Below, one piece after another: positions 22,590 through 33,914 of a DNA stretch of 64,000 nucleotides. A program made the position numbers and the translations under genes. This DNA is from an uncultured Chloroflexia bacterium (GTDB lineage Bacteria > Chloroflexota > Chloroflexia > Thermomicrobiales > CFX8): contig CAVPYN010000019.1 in assembly GCA_963709995.1 (NCBI GenBank), positions 127,109 to 191,108 of the forward strand. Reading direction: 5' to 3'. The notes below the pieces were generated by a model. That model was not told the DNA's origin, did no database searches, and worked only from the letters and a program-made list of their open reading frames with translations. Each line of letters starts with the position of its first letter. The stretch's first letter is position 1.

Positions 22590-25342
22590 GTGTCGACTTC
22601 CACAACTCCGCCACTTGAACGTCCAAGGCTCATACTCGTTGATGGTCATGGATTGGCATTTCGCGCGTATTACGCAGTTCCACCGACGCTCTCAACCGCC
22701 GCTGGCGAGCTAACCAACGCGACATTCGGATTCACTTCGATGTTGCTCGACGTTCTTCGGCAACACGAGCCGGACTACGTTCTCGTTTCATTTGACGTTG
22801 GCGCGACGTTCCGGCATGAGCAGTTCGATGGGTACAAGGCGCATCGCAAACCAATGCCGGATGAGTTGCGCCCAGGTTGATCGGATGCGGGACGTGCTCC
22901 GCGCACTGAATATCCCGATCTACGAGGTCGCGGGTTCGAAGCCGATGATGTCATCGGGACATTGAGCCGACAGGCGGCGGCAAATGACATCGAAGCACTA
23001 ATCGTCACCGGAGATAGCGATTTACTCCAGCTCGTTGATGAGCACGTTTTCGTCGTGCTTCCCGGCGGGCAACGATTTGGAGAGTATCGGATCTTCGACC
23101 CTTCCGCGGTGCAAGCTCGCTACGGATTCGGTCCCGAGCGGGTAGTCGACTACAAGGCGCTCGTGGGCGACAAGTCAGACAATATCCCGGGAGTGCCAGG
23201 CGTGGGTGACAAGACGGCCAAGCAACTGATCGATCAGTTCTCTACGTTCGACGAGATGTTCGAGCAGGCTGAGGAAATCGAACAGGCGCGAGCGCGCAAC
23301 GCCATTGTTGAGAATCGTGAGATTGCCTATCAAAGTCGGGAGCTCGTGACGATCGTGCGTGATGTGCCGATAGAACTTGACCTTGATCTCTGTGCGATAC
23401 ACGATTTCGATCGAGCCACGGCTGTGCGGATCTTTCAGGATCTCGAGTTCCGTTCATTATTGACGAAATTACCCGGAGATGAAAACGGATCAGAGGATGC
23501 CGGCGAGATGGGTCGGCGTGAAGCGAGCCGAAAGCGGGTCGCTAGCGACGAGACGCTGAAAGCGCTCGCACTTGGATTGCCAATGCGCCAGTGGTTGCGG
23601 TTGACGTTGAAACGGATGGCCTCGATCCACAACGCTGCGAATTGGTCGGGATTGCTGTCGCCACTGCCGCGGATGCTAGTTATTATGTGCCGCTTCGACA
23701 TACGGAGGGCGAACTCGCGGATTCGAGCGAGGGACCGGGAGATTCTCGGTCCGGTTTTCGAAGCCCATCGAACCTGATCGCTCACAACGCGAAGTTCGAT
23801 CTTGCCGTCCTCCGGCGCAACGGTTACGAGGAGATTTCCTTGGCGGCGGACACGATGCTGTCCGCATACCTCCTCGGCGAGAGTTCGCTCGGGCTGAAAG
23901 ATCTTGCATTCAACCGTCTTGGGCTGGGAGATGACGCCGATCACCGATTTGATCGGAACTGGACGCAAGCAGATCACGATGGACGAGGTTCCGGTCGACG
24001 ATGCCACGCCGTACGCTGCCGCCGATGTTGAAGCGACATTGCGCCTCGAGCCTATCCTGATGGTTGAGGTCCGGGAACGCGATCAGACTTGAAGTTGCTG
24101 AACTACGATCGAAATCCCCCTGATTCCGGTTCTGGCCGATATGGAGCGACCGGAATTGCTCTCGATGCGATTATTGCGCGATTGTCGTCCAGCTCGAGGC
24201 ACAGATCGACGAGATTCGCGCTGAAATCTTCTCGGCTGTGGGACACGAGTTCAATGTCAATTCGCCCAAGCAACTCGCAACGGTTCTCTTCGAGGAGATC
24301 GGGACTGCCCCCGGACGGCGAACCCGGACCGGATTCTCCGTTGCGCAGCCACGTGCTCGATGGACTGCGGGGAGCGCACGAGGTCGCGGATCTCGTCCTC
24401 GAGTACCGCCAGTTCACCAAACTCAAGTCGACCTACGTTGATGCGCTTCCCAATCAGGTAAATCCCGTAACCGATCGCATCCATACCAACTTCAACCAGA
24501 CGATTGCTGCAACCGGGCGACTGTCATCGACTGATCCCAACCTTCAAAACATTCCCGTGCGAACCGGGCTGGGCCGGCAGGTGCGTCGAGCGTTCATCGC
24601 CGATAACCGAGAAGACATGAGGCTATTCGACGAGACGAGTGTTCTGTTCGGCGCGGATTACTCGCAGATGGAGCTTCGGCTGATGGCCCATTACAGCCAG
24701 GATCCGGGGTTGGTCGAGGCATTTCGTCATGGACAGGATGTCCATACGACGACGGCCGCTGAAGTGTTCGGCGTTCCGATGGACGAAGTGACTCCAGATC
24801 AACGCGCGACCGCCAAGGTCGTGAATTTCGGAATCATGTACGGGATGCAAGCCTGGGGATTGGCCCGAGATACCGGGATGTCGCAAGGCGAAGCGAGGGG
24901 TTTTATCGATCGCTACAAGGAGCGCTTCTCGGGCGTTGACAAGTTCATTGATGAGACCGTCAGCGCGACCGAGCGGAATGGATACGCGTCCACGCTCTAC
25001 GGCCGTCGTCGCTACTTGCCGGACATCCTCACTTCCGGTCCGCGCCGGCAGGCCGCAGAACGCGCGGCGATCAATCTGCCGATTCAGGGTAGCGCCGCGG
25101 ACATTATGAAGCTCGCGATGCTTGAGGTCGATCGAGAGACTCCGGGAGAAGCGGGCTGCGGTCGCTCATGCTCTTGCAAGTCCACGACGAGTTGATCTTC
25201 GAGGCTCCAGAGTCAGAACTTGATCAATTGTGCGACCTTGTCGTCGGATGTAATGAAGGACGTCGCGGAACTGTCGGTGCCACTCGAAGTAGAGCCAAAG
25301 GCTGGACCAAACTGGGAAGAAATGAGTCCAGTCACCGTTTAG
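22590..25342 (+). CDS. polA: DNA polymerase I; multiple apparent indels
   Basis: LVDGHGLAFRAYY, LVGDKSDNIPGVPGVG, DVETDG, HNAKFD, TGRLSSTDPNLQNIP, DYSQMELR, AINLPIQGSAAD, LLQVHDEL. Confidence 0.92.
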
Positions 25343-25442
25343 GAGCAGGAGCCCGGGAGGATTGTCGCTGGTAGCCTGTTCCCGTAAAATGAGCGGTCGA
25401 TGACGAGTACGTGAGTATGCCCGCGAGAGCCAGGTAGCCGAG

Positions 25443-25748
25443 ATGCCGATTTACGATTACGCATGCGATCAATGTGGACATCGATTTGAAGCACGTCAGA
25501 GCTTCTCAGACGATCCGCTAACCGTCTGTCCCGAGTGTCAAGGGCATATCCGGCGTGTGATCCATCCGAGCGGCATCATCTTCAAGGGATCCGGCTGGTA
25601 CATCACCGACAGCCGCAAGTCCGATACCGCGAGTCAACCAGCCGCGCCAGCGAAGGAGAGCGGGACTCCTGCTCCGGATACGAAATCGGACGCGAAGTCG
25701 GAGACGAAGGCCGCGACGCCCGACGCGAAGGCAGCCGCGGACAGCTAG
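25443..25748 (+). CDS. FmdB-family zinc-ribbon protein
   Basis: MPIYDYACDQCGHRFE...CPEC...IIFKGSGWYITD plus low-complexity tail. Confidence 0.88.
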   Translation: MPIYDYACDQCGHRFEARQSFSDDPLTVCPECQGHIRRVIHPSGIIFKGSGWYITDSRKSDTASQPAAPAKESGTPAPDTKSDAKSETKAATPDAKAAADS

Positions 25749-25873
25749 CCTCAAAACATAATTGATTTCGCTCGACAATGAACGCGGAGCCGGTAGCGAG
25801 GCTGCTCCTACCGTTGCCTGTGCGCGTGGGGTTATGATGGCGGAAGACTGATTTACACGATCGGAGAAGAACT

Positions 25874-27269
25874 ATGACACTACAGATCTACAATACGATG
25901 ACGCGACAGAAGGAGACCGTTCGAGACGATCGAACCTGGCCTCGTGCGGATGTACGTCTGCGGCGTCACCGTGTACGATGACTCGCATATCGGCCACGCG
26001 CTCATGGCTATCACCTTCGACGTGATTCGCCGCTACCTCGAATGGACGGGCTATGAAGTTCGAACACGCCCAGAACTTCACCGATGTCGATGACAAGATC
26101 ATCAACCGCGCCGCGCAGTATGGTGTCGATCCGCTTGAATTCTCGAATCGCTACATCGAAGCGTGGTACAAGGAATCGGACGAACTCAACATCCTGCCAG
26201 CGACAGTCTACCCGCGCGCCAGCGAGGAGATTCTCGGCATGCTCGAGATGATCGGCGGGCATTGATCGAGGATGGCTACGCCTACCAGTCTGACAACGGC
26301 GACGTCAACTACGATGTGTCATCGGTTCAAGGAATACGGGAAGCTCAGCCACGGAAGCCTGGACGATCTATTGGCTGGCGCTCGCGTAGCCGTCGATCCC
26401 GACGAAGCGGCATCCGATGGACTTCGTGCTTTGGAAAGCCGCAAAACCAGGCGAGCCAGCCTGGGACAGCCCCTGGGGTCCCGGTCGACCCGGTTGGCAC
26501 ATTGAATGCTCTGTCATGGCATCTCATCACCTCGGTGGGCAAATGGACATCCACGGCGGCGGCGCGGATCTGATTTTTCCGCATCACGAGAACGAGATTG
26601 CCCAGTCGGAGGCATTCGAAGAATCACGCCCATTCTCCCGCTACTGGGTTCACAACGGCCTGCTGCAGTTCAAGGGCGACAAGATGAGCAAGTCGCTCGG
26701 TAATCTCGTCAGCCCGCGTAAAATCATTGATAACGGAGATGCTGCTGCATTCCGCCTTATGGTCCTGCAGACGCACTACCGCCATCCATTGACCTTCACT
26801 GACGAGGGACTTGAATCGGCGCGCCGGGGCTATGAACGACTCCTCAACGCGATTCGAGATCGCGAGGAAAGTGACGCTGTCCCCTCATCGAGCTGTGGAG
26901 GACCAATTGCAGGCATCCGAGGACCGATTTCGTTCGGCCATGGATGACGATTTCAACACTCCGGTTGCCGTTTCGGTTCTCTTCGATTTGGCACGACTCG
27001 CTAATCAATCCGATGGCACCGACCGGCGGGCAGCGCAACTGAAGCTGCTTGAGCTTGGGAACGTATTGGGTTTGCCACTCGAACTTTCGGCATCCACTGC
27101 CGGTGGCGAAGATGCGGCGCCGTTTGTTGAACTCCTCCTGGAGCTTCGCCAGCGACTCCGGGCGGATAAACAGTACGTCATTGCGGATGAGATACGCGAC
27201 AAACTGGAGGATCTTGGGGTCACCGTGGAGGACACTGCCGAAGGATCGTCCTGGCGTTGGTCGAGCTAG
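25874..27269 (+). CDS. cysS: cysteine--tRNA ligase; apparent indels
   Basis: [69 protein letters not shown]. Confidence 0.92.
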
Positions 27270-28009
27270 GTGGAGGTGGCGACCGAACGCCTCTTTGGGC
27301 GCAACGCGATCCTCGAATCACTGCGGGCCGGAAGGCGTCAACCACGCAAGCTTCTAATAGCGGAGTCGGCGCAACCCGACGCTCGAATCGACGAGATTGT
27401 TGGCCGCATTCGAAAGCTGAAGCTGGAAATCGAATCCGTATCGAGGTTGACGCTCGATGAACTGGTCCCGCCGGGTGGTCACCAGGGTGTCGTGCTCGAA
27501 ACGACAGGCTATCCATACGCGCAGGTCGCACTGCAGACAGGCTCGCCCAATCCCGAAAGCATGATACTGGCGCTGGATGAACTGGAAGATCCGCGAAACG
27601 TCGGCGGCTTGCTGCGGACGGCTGAAGCGTCCTCGGTCGACGGTGTCGTGCTGACGGAACGGCGAGCGGCCTCGATTACACCGTCCGTCGTCAACGCGTC
27701 GTCAGGCGCGGTCGAGCATCTAACGGTCGCTGTAGAAACCAATCTCGCCCGGTGGCTGCGCGAGGCGAAGGCCTCGGATATTGGATAATCGGCCTGGACG
27801 GTGGGGACGACGCAGAGGATCTCTTCGATGCCGACGTGCCAATGCCAGCCGTGCTCGTCGTTGGATCCGAAGGACGCGGGCTGCGGCGGCTGACCCGCGA
27901 GCATTGCGATTTGCTGGTCAGAATCCCGATGTACGGCAGAATCGAGTCCCTGAACGCTTCGGCTGCGGGTTCGATAGCGCTCTATCAGATTCGAGAGTTT
28001 GCATCCTAG
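27270..28009 (+). CDS. rlmB: 23S rRNA (Gm2251) methyltransferase, SpoU/TrmH family; one apparent indel
   Basis: GRNAILE, HQGVV, LDELEDPRNVG, VGSEGRG, IPMYGRIESLNAS; follows cysS. Confidence 0.88.
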
Positions 28010-28168
28010 TCGGCTGGAAGCGGCCGGGCAGGTATACTTGACGGCACCCGGGAAGGTGCGTCCGTACACCCCTTCCCGTGTAGAGATGCTCTCGCTGGGA
28101 ATCGGGAGCTTCGAGCCGGTCTGGACGATTTCGCCGGTGACGCAAATGGATAAGAGAAGAGGGTCGAG

Positions 28169-28789
28169 ATGAAAGTGGTATTGACGCAGGACGTACCGAA
28201 GGTCGGGGATCTCGGGACGATCCAGGATGTCAAGGACGGGTACGCTCGCAACTACCTGATCCCCCAGGGTCTTGCGCGGATCGCAACGCCGGGGATGATA
28301 CGTCAGGTTGAGGAGCGGCAGGAAGCGGAGCTCCGCCGGATCGGGTTGCTGGAGGAAGAAATGAGAGACCTCGCAGCGCAGATCGACGGTATCCGTCTGG
28401 AAATCCACGCGCGCGTTGGCGAGCAGGGACGGCTCTTCGGCTCCGTTACCTCGGCGGATATCGCCCAGCAGCTCGAGGAAATCACTGGCCAGGAGGTTGA
28501 TCGCCGCAAGATCGAACTTGACGCGCCAATACGAGAAGTCGGAGAGTTCACGGTGCCGGTGCGATTGGTCGGCCGTCTCGTTCCGGAGATAACCGTTGCC
28601 GTTTTCGACCCGACTGCCCCACTCATCCTCGAGCCGGAAGTAGAAGCTGAGGACGACGCCGAAGATCAGGATGACGTCTACACGATGGAAGTCGAAGGCA
28701 TTGAAGCCGCGACGGAGGACATCGACGAGGACGCTAGCGAACTGATCGCCGTTGAAGATGACGAGGACGAGTCTGAAGATTCCGCCTGA
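28169..28789 (+). CDS. rplI: 50S ribosomal protein L9 with acidic C-terminal extension
   Basis: MKVVL, VKDGYARNYLIPQG, GRLFGSVT, PIREVG. Confidence 0.95.
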   Translation: MKVVLTQDVPKVGDLGTIQDVKDGYARNYLIPQGLARIATPGMIRQVEERQEAELRRIGLLEEEMRDLAAQIDGIRLEIHARVGEQGRLFGSVTSADIAQQLEEITGQEVDRRKIELDAPIREVGEFTVPVRLVGRLVPEITVAVFDPTAPLILEPEVEAEDDAEDQDDVYTMEVEGIEAATEDIDEDASELIAVEDDEDESEDSA

Positions 28790-28818
28790 TCTCTCATTGG
28801 AAAGCTGATAAGAGGAGC

Positions 28819-30171
28819 ATGATCCAGGCAACAACGGAACGCGCGCATCTACCTCCACACAACCTTGATGCAGAGCAGTCCGTTCTGGGCGCGCTCCTCA
28901 GCGATCGGGACGCGATCATACACGTCGCCTCGTTCCTGCGTGCCGGAGACTTCTACCGGCGGGCTCACAGTATCACCTATGAGGCGATTCTTTCGCTCTA
29001 CAACCGGCGTGAACCGACCGACCTGGTTACGCTTGTCGACGAGCTTGCCAGGCAGGGACGGGTCGAGGACGCCGGGGGCGAGGCGTATCTTGCGGAGCTG
29101 ATCGCAGCAACTCCGACGACGGTTCACGCCGAATACTACGCTCGTATAGTGACCCGGACGGCAGTTCGCCGGCGCTTGATCGACGCCGGGGGTGAGATCG
29201 TGCGCATCGGCTTTGACGATGCCACGGAAGTCGAAGATGCGCTGGACAGTGCGGAGCGCATACTGTTCGACGTCTCACAGCGCCGCGGGGAACGTGAATT
29301 TCGCTCGATGCGCGAAATTCTAGAGGAGTACTTCGACCGGCTTGACACGCTACACCAACACAAGGGTGATGTCGTCGGGGTGCCAACCGGGTTCATTGAT
29401 CTCGACAAGCTGACCGGTGGTTGCAGAAGTCAGACCTCATCATCATTGCGGCCCGGCCCTCGGTGGGAAAATCGGCGCTAGGGCTGAGTCTCGGCTCATT
29501 ACGCGGCCATCCAGCATCAGAAGACGGTCGGGTTGTTCGTGCTGGAAATGTCCGCAGAGCAGATCGTACAGCGGCTGCTCTCGATGGAGACCGGCATCGA
29601 CTCCCACCGCCTGCGGATGGGGTTTATCGATGACAGCGAATGGAATAGCGTTGTCCGGGCATTTGGTCGATTGTCGGAAGCGCCGATTTTCGTGGACGAC
29701 ACTGCCACCGTCACGATGATGGATGTCCGATCCAAAGCGCGCAGGCTGGCCGCGGAACATAGTCTCGACATGATCATCGTGGACTATCTCCAGCTCATGA
29801 CATCTGGTCGCCGGAGTGATAACCGCGTTCAGGAGATTTCCGAGATATCACGTGGCCTGAAGACGCTGGCCCGGGAGCTTGACGTCCCCGTCGTGGCGCT
29901 TGCCCAGTTGTCCAGAGCGGTAGAAAGTCGTCAGTCCCATGTGCCAATGCTCTCCGACCTCCGTGAAAGCGGCTCGATCGAGCAAGATGCCGATGTTGTG
30001 ATGTTCATCTACCGCGAAGAGATTTACGACCCCGACACCGAACGTCGAGGCATCGCCGACATCGTCGTCGCCAAACATCGCAACGGCCCAGTGGGAACAG
30101 TCCATCTCCGCTTCTTTGAAAAGACGGCTCGTTTCGCGGACCTCGAGCTCTACCGGGAGCCGGACCTTTAG
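28819..30171 (+). CDS. dnaB: replicative DNA helicase; apparent indels near 29420-29500
   Basis: [66 protein letters not shown]. Confidence 0.93.
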
Positions 30172-30185
30172 ACGTAACACGAGGT

Positions 30186-30867
30186 ATGATGAGCTCAGAG
30201 CATTCCAGCGCTCAACACAACTCCTTCGCAAAAGTGCTCCTCGAACTGGTGCGCGACGTCTGGAATCCGCTTGAGGTCAAAATGGTTCTTGCGGTTGCCG
30301 CTCTCGGAGGGATTTCCATGCCGGTTGCCGAGAGAGAAATCGTCACGGATGTGGATGTGCTCGCCGGAGTCAGGGCAGACGGGTCGTCGCGGTCACCGGC
30401 GGACAGGGTCGCCGAATCGCTCGATGCGGCGGTCACCCGAGGCGTGCTGCTGGCGCTTGGCAGCGATGACACCCGGCAATGGTTCGTGCTTGCAACGGAG
30501 GCGAATCGTCGCAAGGCCCAGAGTGGCGGTTTTGTCGTGCCGGACTCGGCGCCCCCCGCAGCGCTTTCGATCGAGCGACCCGGGATCTTTGCGCTGTACG
30601 AGCAGAATATTGGTCTACTCACTCCTCTTGATCGCAGACCGACTCGCCGACGCACTCCTTCTTTATCCAGAGATCTGGATTGAGGACGCGATAGGAGAAG
30701 CGGTTGCATACAATCGGAGGAGTTGGCGATACATCGAACGCATCCTGCAGAATTGGGCGACGGAAGGACGATCAGGTGAAGCCAATCGGCGAAATCATGA
30801 AGCGGATCACGCTACCGGACAAGCCCTCAGGGACAAGTACGAGGAGTTTCTCCGACACCGCCGGTGA
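30186..30867 (+). CDS. DnaD-domain protein; one apparent indel
   Basis: IFALYEQNIGLLTPLIADRL...WIEDAIGEAV.YNRRSWRYIERILQNW (DnaD YxxxILxxW signature). Confidence 0.8.
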
Positions 30868-31585
30868 GGTGTGTCCGATTTGCCAGGGGGCTGGTTATGT
30901 GCGAATCGATGCGCCGGTTGATAGCCCTAATTTCAGCCGGCTAATTCAATGCACCTGCCAGCGTGACGAACGCTGGCGCCGGTCGATGGCCGAGATCAAC
31001 GATATGAGCAACATGGCCATGGTGCGCGACTGGACGTTCGAGACATTTGACTCTTCGGTTCCCGGCACAGAGGACGCCTATCAGACGGCAAGAGCGTATG
31101 CGAGCGACCCGTACAATTGGCTCGTGCTCGTCGGCGATTATGGTTGCGGAAAGACCCATCTTGCGGCGGCCGTGGCGAACTACGCGCTATCCGAGTTGGA
31201 CATGCGGCCAGTGTTTGCCGTGGTGCCAGATCTGCTCGACTACCTGCGTTCGACGTTTTCACCAGCAACCGAGATGCGTTATGAGACGCGATTTGACACG
31301 ATTCGAAGCGCCGACCTGCTGATTCTCGACGACCTGGGCACGGAAAATGCAACTCCCTGGGCCCAGGAAAAACTCTTCCAGATTATCAATCACCGCTATA
31401 TGGAGCGGCTTCCGACGGTCGTCACGTCAAACGTTGTACCGGAAAAGATTGATGGCCGGATTCGATCACGGCTTTTCGACGTTGGGCTCTCAACCACGGT
31501 GATTCTTTACGCTGGCGACTACCGCACCCAGGGCGTGGATTTCCGCGCAATGGGACGTCGCTCCGGACAGTCGCAGCGGCGGTAG
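30776..31585 (+). CDS. DnaC/DnaI/IstB-like AAA+ helicase-loader ATPase with N-terminal Zn motif
   Basis: CPICQGAG...CTC, TFETFD, GDYGCGKTHLA, LLILDDLG, IINHRY, TSN; GTG 30776 with SD. Confidence 0.85.
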   Translation: MKPIGEIMKRITLPDKPSGTSTRSFSDTAGEVCPICQGAGYVRIDAPVDSPNFSRLIQCTCQRDERWRRSMAEINDMSNMAMVRDWTFETFDSSVPGTEDAYQTARAYASDPYNWLVLVGDYGCGKTHLAAAVANYALSELDMRPVFAVVPDLLDYLRSTFSPATEMRYETRFDTIRSADLLILDDLGTENATPWAQEKLFQIINHRYMERLPTVVTSNVVPEKIDGRIRSRLFDVGLSTTVILYAGDYRTQGVDFRAMGRRSGQSQRR

Positions 31586-31715
31586 TCAGAGCCGGACGAG
31601 TTCCGGAATTCCGCCCCTTTGTACTATTCATCACTTCGCCTCAGGCTCATATACTCCGCGGTAGCAACTTCATGCCTGCTTCGCGCTGGAAGCCGGTGTC
31701 CATACAGGAGGAACG

Positions 31716-33830
31716 ATGAGCGTGAAAGACGCCAACGCCGGGACATTGCCCGATACCGTGTCCGACCCATCGGATGTGCGGACGGGCCTCATCGACGACA
31801 ACGAACTTAAGCAGATCGTCGATGTTGCGACCTCGTACCTCGAAACCGGTCTGTTTGACGACGCAGACGACATCCTTCAGGAGGTTCTGGAAGCCGGAGC
31901 CGTTTCTCCCGAGATAGAAGATTTGATCCGGCGGATAGAAGAAGCGCGCTTGCACCATGGAGTTTCGGCCGCTGCACCTGTTGATGATACCGTCGCAACT
32001 CCGGCGCCGAGACGGCGCCTATCCCTCGTGCATCTCACCGCACCCCTGCCGGGTGTTGACCGTCTCCCTCGAAACATTCAACGGATCGTTGTCGAGGCCG
32101 AACGCGATTTTAACGAGGGGCGCAAGGAATCGGCGCTAGATCTCTGTCACGTCGTGACCGCCAGCGCACCGGATTTCATTCCCAACTATTTGAGGATGGC
32201 AGAAGTCCGAATCGCCCTCGGAGATGAGCGCGGTGCCCGATCTCTGGTTGCCTCTGTCGAACGCTTCTATGACATTGAAGGCGATCCTGACGATCAAATG
32301 CTCCATAGCATCTATCTAGCGTTGAATCCCGACGATACCGAATCACTCGTCCAGCATGCGCGCAACCTCCTCGCCGAGCCGAACGCGACGGTGCTTGAGC
32401 CATACGTTCCCGCAGCGATCGATGCGACGATGGACACCGAACCGCGTGTGTCACGCGAGTTGGCTCGTCTGTATGTGGAGCGACGGCCGACTGATGATGC
32501 GGCCATCCGGATGTACATCCGGTCAGCGGTAGCGGTTGGCGACGCAACCGAGATCTATGACGCGCTCAAGCGTTTCGTCCATGAGGACATGGTTGCTGTT
32601 GATCTCTTGTGGTGGCGCGGCGCACTGTCTGCCACCCGGAAAGACCCAGAATGGATCCACTGGCTAGCGCGAGTCGTCGAACAGGTTCGATTGAATCAGG
32701 AGAACTATGGGGCCGTCAGAAGTGCGATTGATCGCTCCGAGAGCTTCATGCCTCCTCATGTTCGATATCTTGGTGGCGCGGTTCTTTCGACTGCTGCGGG
32801 CCAATGGGACATGGCGCAGGCTGAGATAGAGGATTGGATGCAGTCTGTTCCTGACCCGATTCAGCCCGTAGATGCGTTTCTGGCGGATTGCGTGCGCGTA
32901 GAAGTAATCGAAGTCCTGGGACTTCCGGAAATCGTGCCTGCACTTGAATCGCTGCTGATCGCGTCCGTGCGGGTGGATACTTCAGAAATCCCGATCGATG
33001 ATCTGTTTGCGATAGACGTTTCATCGGAGGTGGTGCTTACTCGCTATCGAGCCGCCGTTCTCTCTGACGGTTCGGTGGATGCTGGAATAGCGTTCCTCGG
33101 CTCACTGCTGAACGCTGGGCACTCTGACTACCTTGTGCGCCAAACATACGCTGAACTCCTCCTGGAAGTGGGTCGGCGCAACGAAGGCATACGGGAATTG
33201 CGCTCCCTCGCGCAGTCGCACGAACAGTCCGGAAACCTTTCCGCCATGGCCGGCGCGATGCGCATGATAAGCGAGGCAGTCCCTGACAGCATTGAAATCA
33301 AGGAAATGCTCGTGGGCGTGTATCTACGCCGCGGCATACTCGATGAAGCGCTTTACGAGCTCGAAGCGATCGCACAGCTAAGGCACGAGGTGTCCGACAC
33401 GGATGGCGCAATCGAAGCCTATTCCAAGGCTGCTGAGATTGCTTGCGCGATGGGGAACTTCGCGCTTGGCAACGACCTCTACGATCGTGGAGTTGCAACT
33501 GATCCAAATAATGTTCCGGTACGCCATGCGGCCGTTGCGTTCTATCTCCAGACGGGCTCGGTAAATCGCGCAGCCGAGCACCTTCGAGAGATCGTGCGCA
33601 TCGCCCTGTTGGAAGGTGATCCAGACGAGGCTGTGGCTGCACTGCATCAGATCATCGGACTCGCACCGGATGATCTATCTTCGTACCATAAACTCGGCGA
33701 AGTGCTTACAGCAATGGGCGAGTACAAGCAGGCCGAGCGAGTATACCGGCGACTTTCGGACCTTGCTCCGGACGATCCGGTACTGCACGCAAAACAGTCC
33801 GCGCTAGCGGTGCTTGCCGCGACATCTTGA
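31716..33830 (+). CDS. tetratricopeptide-repeat protein
   Basis: Helical repeats, e.g. DEAVAALHQIIGLAPDD, YHKLGEVLTAMGEYKQAERVYRRL; SD AGGAGG. Confidence 0.75.
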   Translation: MSVKDANAGTLPDTVSDPSDVRTGLIDDNELKQIVDVATSYLETGLFDDADDILQEVLEAGAVSPEIEDLIRRIEEARLHHGVSAAAPVDDTVATPAPRRRLSLVHLTAPLPGVDRLPRNIQRIVVEAERDFNEGRKESALDLCHVVTASAPDFIPNYLRMAEVRIALGDERGARSLVASVERFYDIEGDPDDQMLHSIYLALNPDDTESLVQHARNLLAEPNATVLEPYVPAAIDATMDTEPRVSRELARLYVERRPTDDAAIRMYIRSAVAVGDATEIYDALKRFVHEDMVAVDLLWWRGALSATRKDPEWIHWLARVVEQVRLNQENYGAVRSAIDRSESFMPPHVRYLGGAVLSTAAGQWDMAQAEIEDWMQSVPDPIQPVDAFLADCVRVEVIEVLGLPEIVPALESLLIASVRVDTSEIPIDDLFAIDVSSEVVLTRYRAAVLSDGSVDAGIAFLGSLLNAGHSDYLVRQTYAELLLEVGRRNEGIRELRSLAQSHEQSGNLSAMAGAMRMISEAVPDSIEIKEMLVGVYLRRGILDEALYELEAIAQLRHEVSDTDGAIEAYSKAAEIACAMGNFALGNDLYDRGVATDPNNVPVRHAAVAFYLQTGSVNRAAEHLREIVRIALLEGDPDEAVAALHQIIGLAPDDLSSYHKLGEVLTAMGEYKQAERVYRRLSDLAPDDPVLHAKQSALAVLAATS

Positions 33831-33914
33831 TTCTCTGTTGAGAGTAGTTCCGCTGGTAGTTTGATATACAATGGACCGGTAACAGCACTCATACGCTCCG
33901 CAGACTGGTAATAC

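Noticed and set aside
27509-28858. 449-aa ORF antisense to rlmB/rplI
   Set aside because: No recognisable motifs; shadow of real genes
22590-30867. Programmed frameshifting or true pseudogenes in polA, cysS, dnaB and neighbours
   Set aside because: Multiple scattered shifts per gene, no consistent slippery motif, regional clustering; sequencing error is more parsimonious
30776-31585. IS21 IstB transposition helper
   Set aside because: No IstA or terminal inverted repeats; context is dnaB-dnaD
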